NCBI GenBank assembly: GCA_951406725.2
Contig: OX597827.1
Span: forward strand, 62,930,001-62,994,000
DNA: 64,000 nucleotides
Origin: Octopus vulgaris
Lineage: Eukaryota
Direction of reading: 5' to 3'
Position numbers and translations under genes: made by a program
In this document: in pieces, positions 60,463 through 64,000 of the stretch
How positions within the stretch are numbered: position 1 is the first letter of the stretch
Layout of the letters: every line of letters starts with the position of its first letter
The notes under the pieces: model-generated
What the model was told of the DNA's origin: nothing
What the model saw: only the letters and a program-made list of their open reading frames with translations
Database searches by the model: none

Positions 60463-60502
60463 GCGTACATGTAAATCAGTAGCTAAGATCGTGGGGCCAA
60501 TG

Positions 60503-60670
60503 AAGGCGGTGAGCTGACCGAATCGTTGATACGGTGGCTGAAATGCTTAGAAGCATTTCGTCCGTCTTTATGTTCCGCGTTCAAATTCTCCCAAGGTCGA
60601 CTTTGCCTTTTAATCCTTTAGGGGGGCGATCAAATAAGTATCAGTTGAGCACTGGGGTCGAACTTACTGG
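60503..60670 (+). mobile_element. SINE family A, degenerate
   Basis: Consensus match. Confidence 0.75.
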
Positions 60671-60869
60671 CCTTCTACCATAATTTGTAACCGTTATTAT
60701 GGGGCCAACGAAGCAACTTCTTGATAGCTGCTATATGCAAGCATTAGAAGTGGTAGCCAAAATTCCCTCACGGCATAACACTGTCGTCAGACAACGTAGA
60801 GCGTATTGCAGTATGAGTACGTGGTGCAGTATTCCTGAATATAATAATGTATCTTGGTCTTTTATCTGT

Positions 60870-61127
60870 TACGTGTTTCAGCCAATACAATGTGACCATG
60901 CTGGGGCATCACCTTGAAAACCTTTTAGTCGAATACATCGATCCCCGTGCTTAATTCTTTTTCTTTTGTTTTTTATTTCCTGCTACTTATTCTATCAGAC
61001 TTTTGCCGAAGTTATGGGACGTAAACACACCAACACTGGTCGTCATTCGGTGGCGGGAATATACACAGACACAAAGACACACACACACACTTAAACACAC
61101 AGACACACGCATATATATATGTGTATA

Positions 61128-61210
<83 letters not shown>

Positions 61211-61280
61211 ATGTGATGGCCTTCTTCCAGTTTCCGCCTACCAAATCCACTCACAAGGCTATGGTCAGCCCGAGGCTATC
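60870..61280 (-). mobile_element. SINE family C, degenerate
   Basis: Consensus match with expanded (TA)n. Confidence 0.78.
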
Positions 61281-61704
61281 CTGCTCAATGTACCTGTATT
61301 TGATCGTAAATTTGCTTTATTTGGACTGAACATGAATAACAAAACTCTTATTTTGGCGGACTATATCTAGAAAAAAACATAAAGCTATAAATAAAGGCAT
61401 GTAAATATCGGCCTGAAAACCATTTAGGAGAGAGAAAGTCGAAAGCTGTCTGTGTGATTCGAAACCATATTTCCTGTAGACATGACATTTGTTCTACAAT
61501 TGGACCAAAACAATCCATAGAATTTCTCAATCCATTTTAAAATTCTTTCCTTATACCAACCAGAATTGTTTGTCGTTGACCTCATAAAAATTTAAGAAAA
61601 TTCGAGAGAACGAGAAACAATTTATTCAGATAATATATTACTTCATGACAAAACAAATTATTTTTTCCTATTAATCCATGATGTTACTCCATGCTCTCGT
61701 TGCC

Positions 61705-61915
61705 TACTCTTTTACTTGTTTCAGTCATTTGACTGCGGCCATGCTGGAGCACCGCCTTTAGTCGAGCAAATCGACCCCAGGACTTATTCTTTGTAAGCCC
61801 AGTACTTATTCTATCGGTCTCTTTTGCCGAACCGCTAAGTGACGGGGACGTAAACACACCAGCATCGGTTGTCAAGCAATGCTAGGGGGACAAACACAGA
61901 CACACAAACACATAT

Positions 61916-61960
<45 letters not shown>

Positions 61961-62125
61961 CGACAGGCTTCTTTCAGTTTCCGTCTACCAAATCCACTCA
62001 CAAGGCATTTGTCGGCCCGGGGCTATAGCAGAAGACACTTGCCCAAGATGCCACGCAGTGGGACTGAACCCGGAACCATGTGGTTGGTTAGCAAGCTACT
62101 TACCACACAGCCACTCCTGCGCCTA
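61705..62125 (-). mobile_element. SINE family C, full length
   Basis: Near-consensus copy. Confidence 0.94.
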
Positions 62126-62274
62126 GGATAAATCCCAGAGGAATTTCAAGATTACTCATACCGTATTTAAACATTTTGTGCAAAGAAGATTTTATTTGAA
62201 GATTTTTGGCAAATTTTACCATGAATATTAGAAGTTACTCTACTATCATTCTTGAATCTTATATTATTTTCTAC

Positions 62275-62480
62275 TCAAGGCATAAGGCGCGAAATGTTTG
62301 GGGAGGGGGGCAGTCGATTAAATCGACCCCAGTACGTAACTGATACTTAATTTATCGACCCCGAAAGGATGAACGGCAAAATCGATCTTCGGCGGAACTT
62401 GAACTCAGAACGTAAAGATAGATGAAATACTGCTAAGCATTTCGCCCAGTGTGCTAACGTTTCTGCCAGCTCACCGCCTT
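62275..62480 (-). mobile_element. SINE family A
   Basis: Consensus match. Confidence 0.88.
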
Positions 62481-62537
62481 ATTATTCTTGAATTTTATAT
62501 TAGAATATCATTCCTCGAGTTTTTATATTTACAAATA

Positions 62538-62864
62538 GTGAAGGCGCATGGCTTAGTGGTTAGGGCATTCGGCTGACGATTGTAAGGTCGTGAGTTCGAT
62601 TCCCGGCGATGCGTTGTGTCCTTGAGCAAGACACTTTATTTCACGTTGCTCCAGTCCACTCAGCTGGCAAAAATGAGTTGTACCTGTATTTCAAGGGGCC
62701 GGCCTTGTCACACTCTGTGTCACGCTGAATCTCCCTGAGAACTACGTTATGGGTACACGTGTCTGTGGAGTGCTCAGCCACTTATACGATAATTTCACGA
62801 GCAGGCTGTTCCGTTGATCGTATCAACCGGAACCCTCGTCGTCGTAACCGACGGAGTGCTTCCA
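62538..62864 (+). mobile_element. SINE family B/CORE type, full length
   Basis: tRNA head; tgtgtccttgagcaagacacttt core; accgacggagtgcttcca tail. Confidence 0.94.
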
Positions 62865-63153
62865 TTATTACCATATTTGCAAATATAGACTTGTTCAAAA
62901 TTTGCATCGAAGAAAAGAGCAGTAATTAGTGTCAACTTTGCACGAAGCAAGGGAATAACGACACGTAGTTGAATGTTACATTACCGATCCAAGGATTAAA
63001 GTGTTTCAAATCAGATTTTAGTCGGAAATATATATTCAACACCGGAGGATTAAACATCAAAGAAAATAATATCTCCAAGGATCAGCGTCTTATTAATACT
63101 TAATGAAGAATTGTTGGCGAAATAGCTTCATACCTAAGTATCTTACGCTTATA

Positions 63154-63720
63154 CTAGTACTATGACCCGACATTGCCGGGTCTGGTGCTAGTCAAGTACA
63201 TTCGGTCTTTCATGAAAATCCTGCTCTCTTGTCATTCACTTGGTCTAACTCGCTAATTATTCCCTACATTTCTCAAATCAGAAAAGCACGCACGTTTGAA
63301 AGCCAAAACGCATGATAACGCGTCTTCACAAAACACAAAAATGCGCTGAGCCATAAAGACTGTCTGTAAATGCACACGAGCATTCAACTGCCAAGGTTAA
63401 AATTATCTCCGTCCAATCAGAAAACAGGTGGCAGTCTATTGTCGTATCTAGCTGTACGCACGCACCGCGTGCAAATTTGTATGTTTTAGCGATTTTGAAT
63501 GGATATGCCCATAACTTATGGGCATAAGGGATCGCTGTATCGATTTTTGAAATGGCTTTCTGGGGTGACTGGGGAAATGAAAAGATCTTCACCACCACCC
63601 TCAGACATTTTTGAAAGCCCATAGAAAATGCGAGCCTTTTACGTGAAGGACTGTGGATTTGTATAAAGGACACACAGACACACAGATACACAGACATTTT
63701 GCCGTTTATAGATATAGAGA
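63154..63720 (-). mobile_element. Non-autonomous Helitron
   Basis: Minus strand A|TCtctatatctataaacggc...; hairpin gacccg-acattgc-cgggtc about 10 nt from CTAG|T. Confidence 0.85.
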
Positions 63721-63761
63721 TATATAAACTTTTTACTGTTATACATATATTTGTCCTGTAT

Positions 63762-63802
<41 letters not shown>

Positions 63803-64000
63803 ATTGCTTACTTACCACATCGCCTACTTTGCTTACTTACCACATCACCACCGCTTGATAGACGGTCTTGCTTTGTTTACGTCCCCTTAACTTAGCGGTG
63901 TATACAACGAGAACAAAGAGAACAAGTAGCATCTTGAACATAAAACATGAGTACTGGGGTCGACTTTTTCAACTAAACCTTTTCAAGGCATTGCTCCACA

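Overview
AT-rich, repeat-saturated eukaryotic DNA with no host protein-coding gene I can recognise. The SINE types and microsatellite load suggest an octopus (coleoid cephalopod) intergenic or large intronic region; this is inferred from remembered family motifs, not a database search. Almost all long ORFs in the track are microsatellite read-throughs. The window holds many copies of three tRNA-headed SINE groups, decayed R4/Dong, Tx1/L1 and RTE LINEs, Tc1/mariner remnants, two complete non-autonomous Helitrons and a decayed Penelope-like (RT thumb + GIY-YIG) ORF. The most notable structure is a 2-kb array at 12321-14360 of ~560-bp units in tandem and inverted orientation. It lies between (TA)n tracts and carries four minimal type I hammerhead ribozyme (HHR) motifs, as in retrozymes or Penelope pLTRs. 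Several unrelated (TA)n-embedded fold-back elements elsewhere also show intact or decayed HHR motifs. Retroelement classes appear sorted by microsatellite target: Penelope-like in (TA)n, Dong-like in (TAA)n, Tx1-like in (CTAT)n. Coordinates were read by eye, and the ends of decayed elements are approximate.
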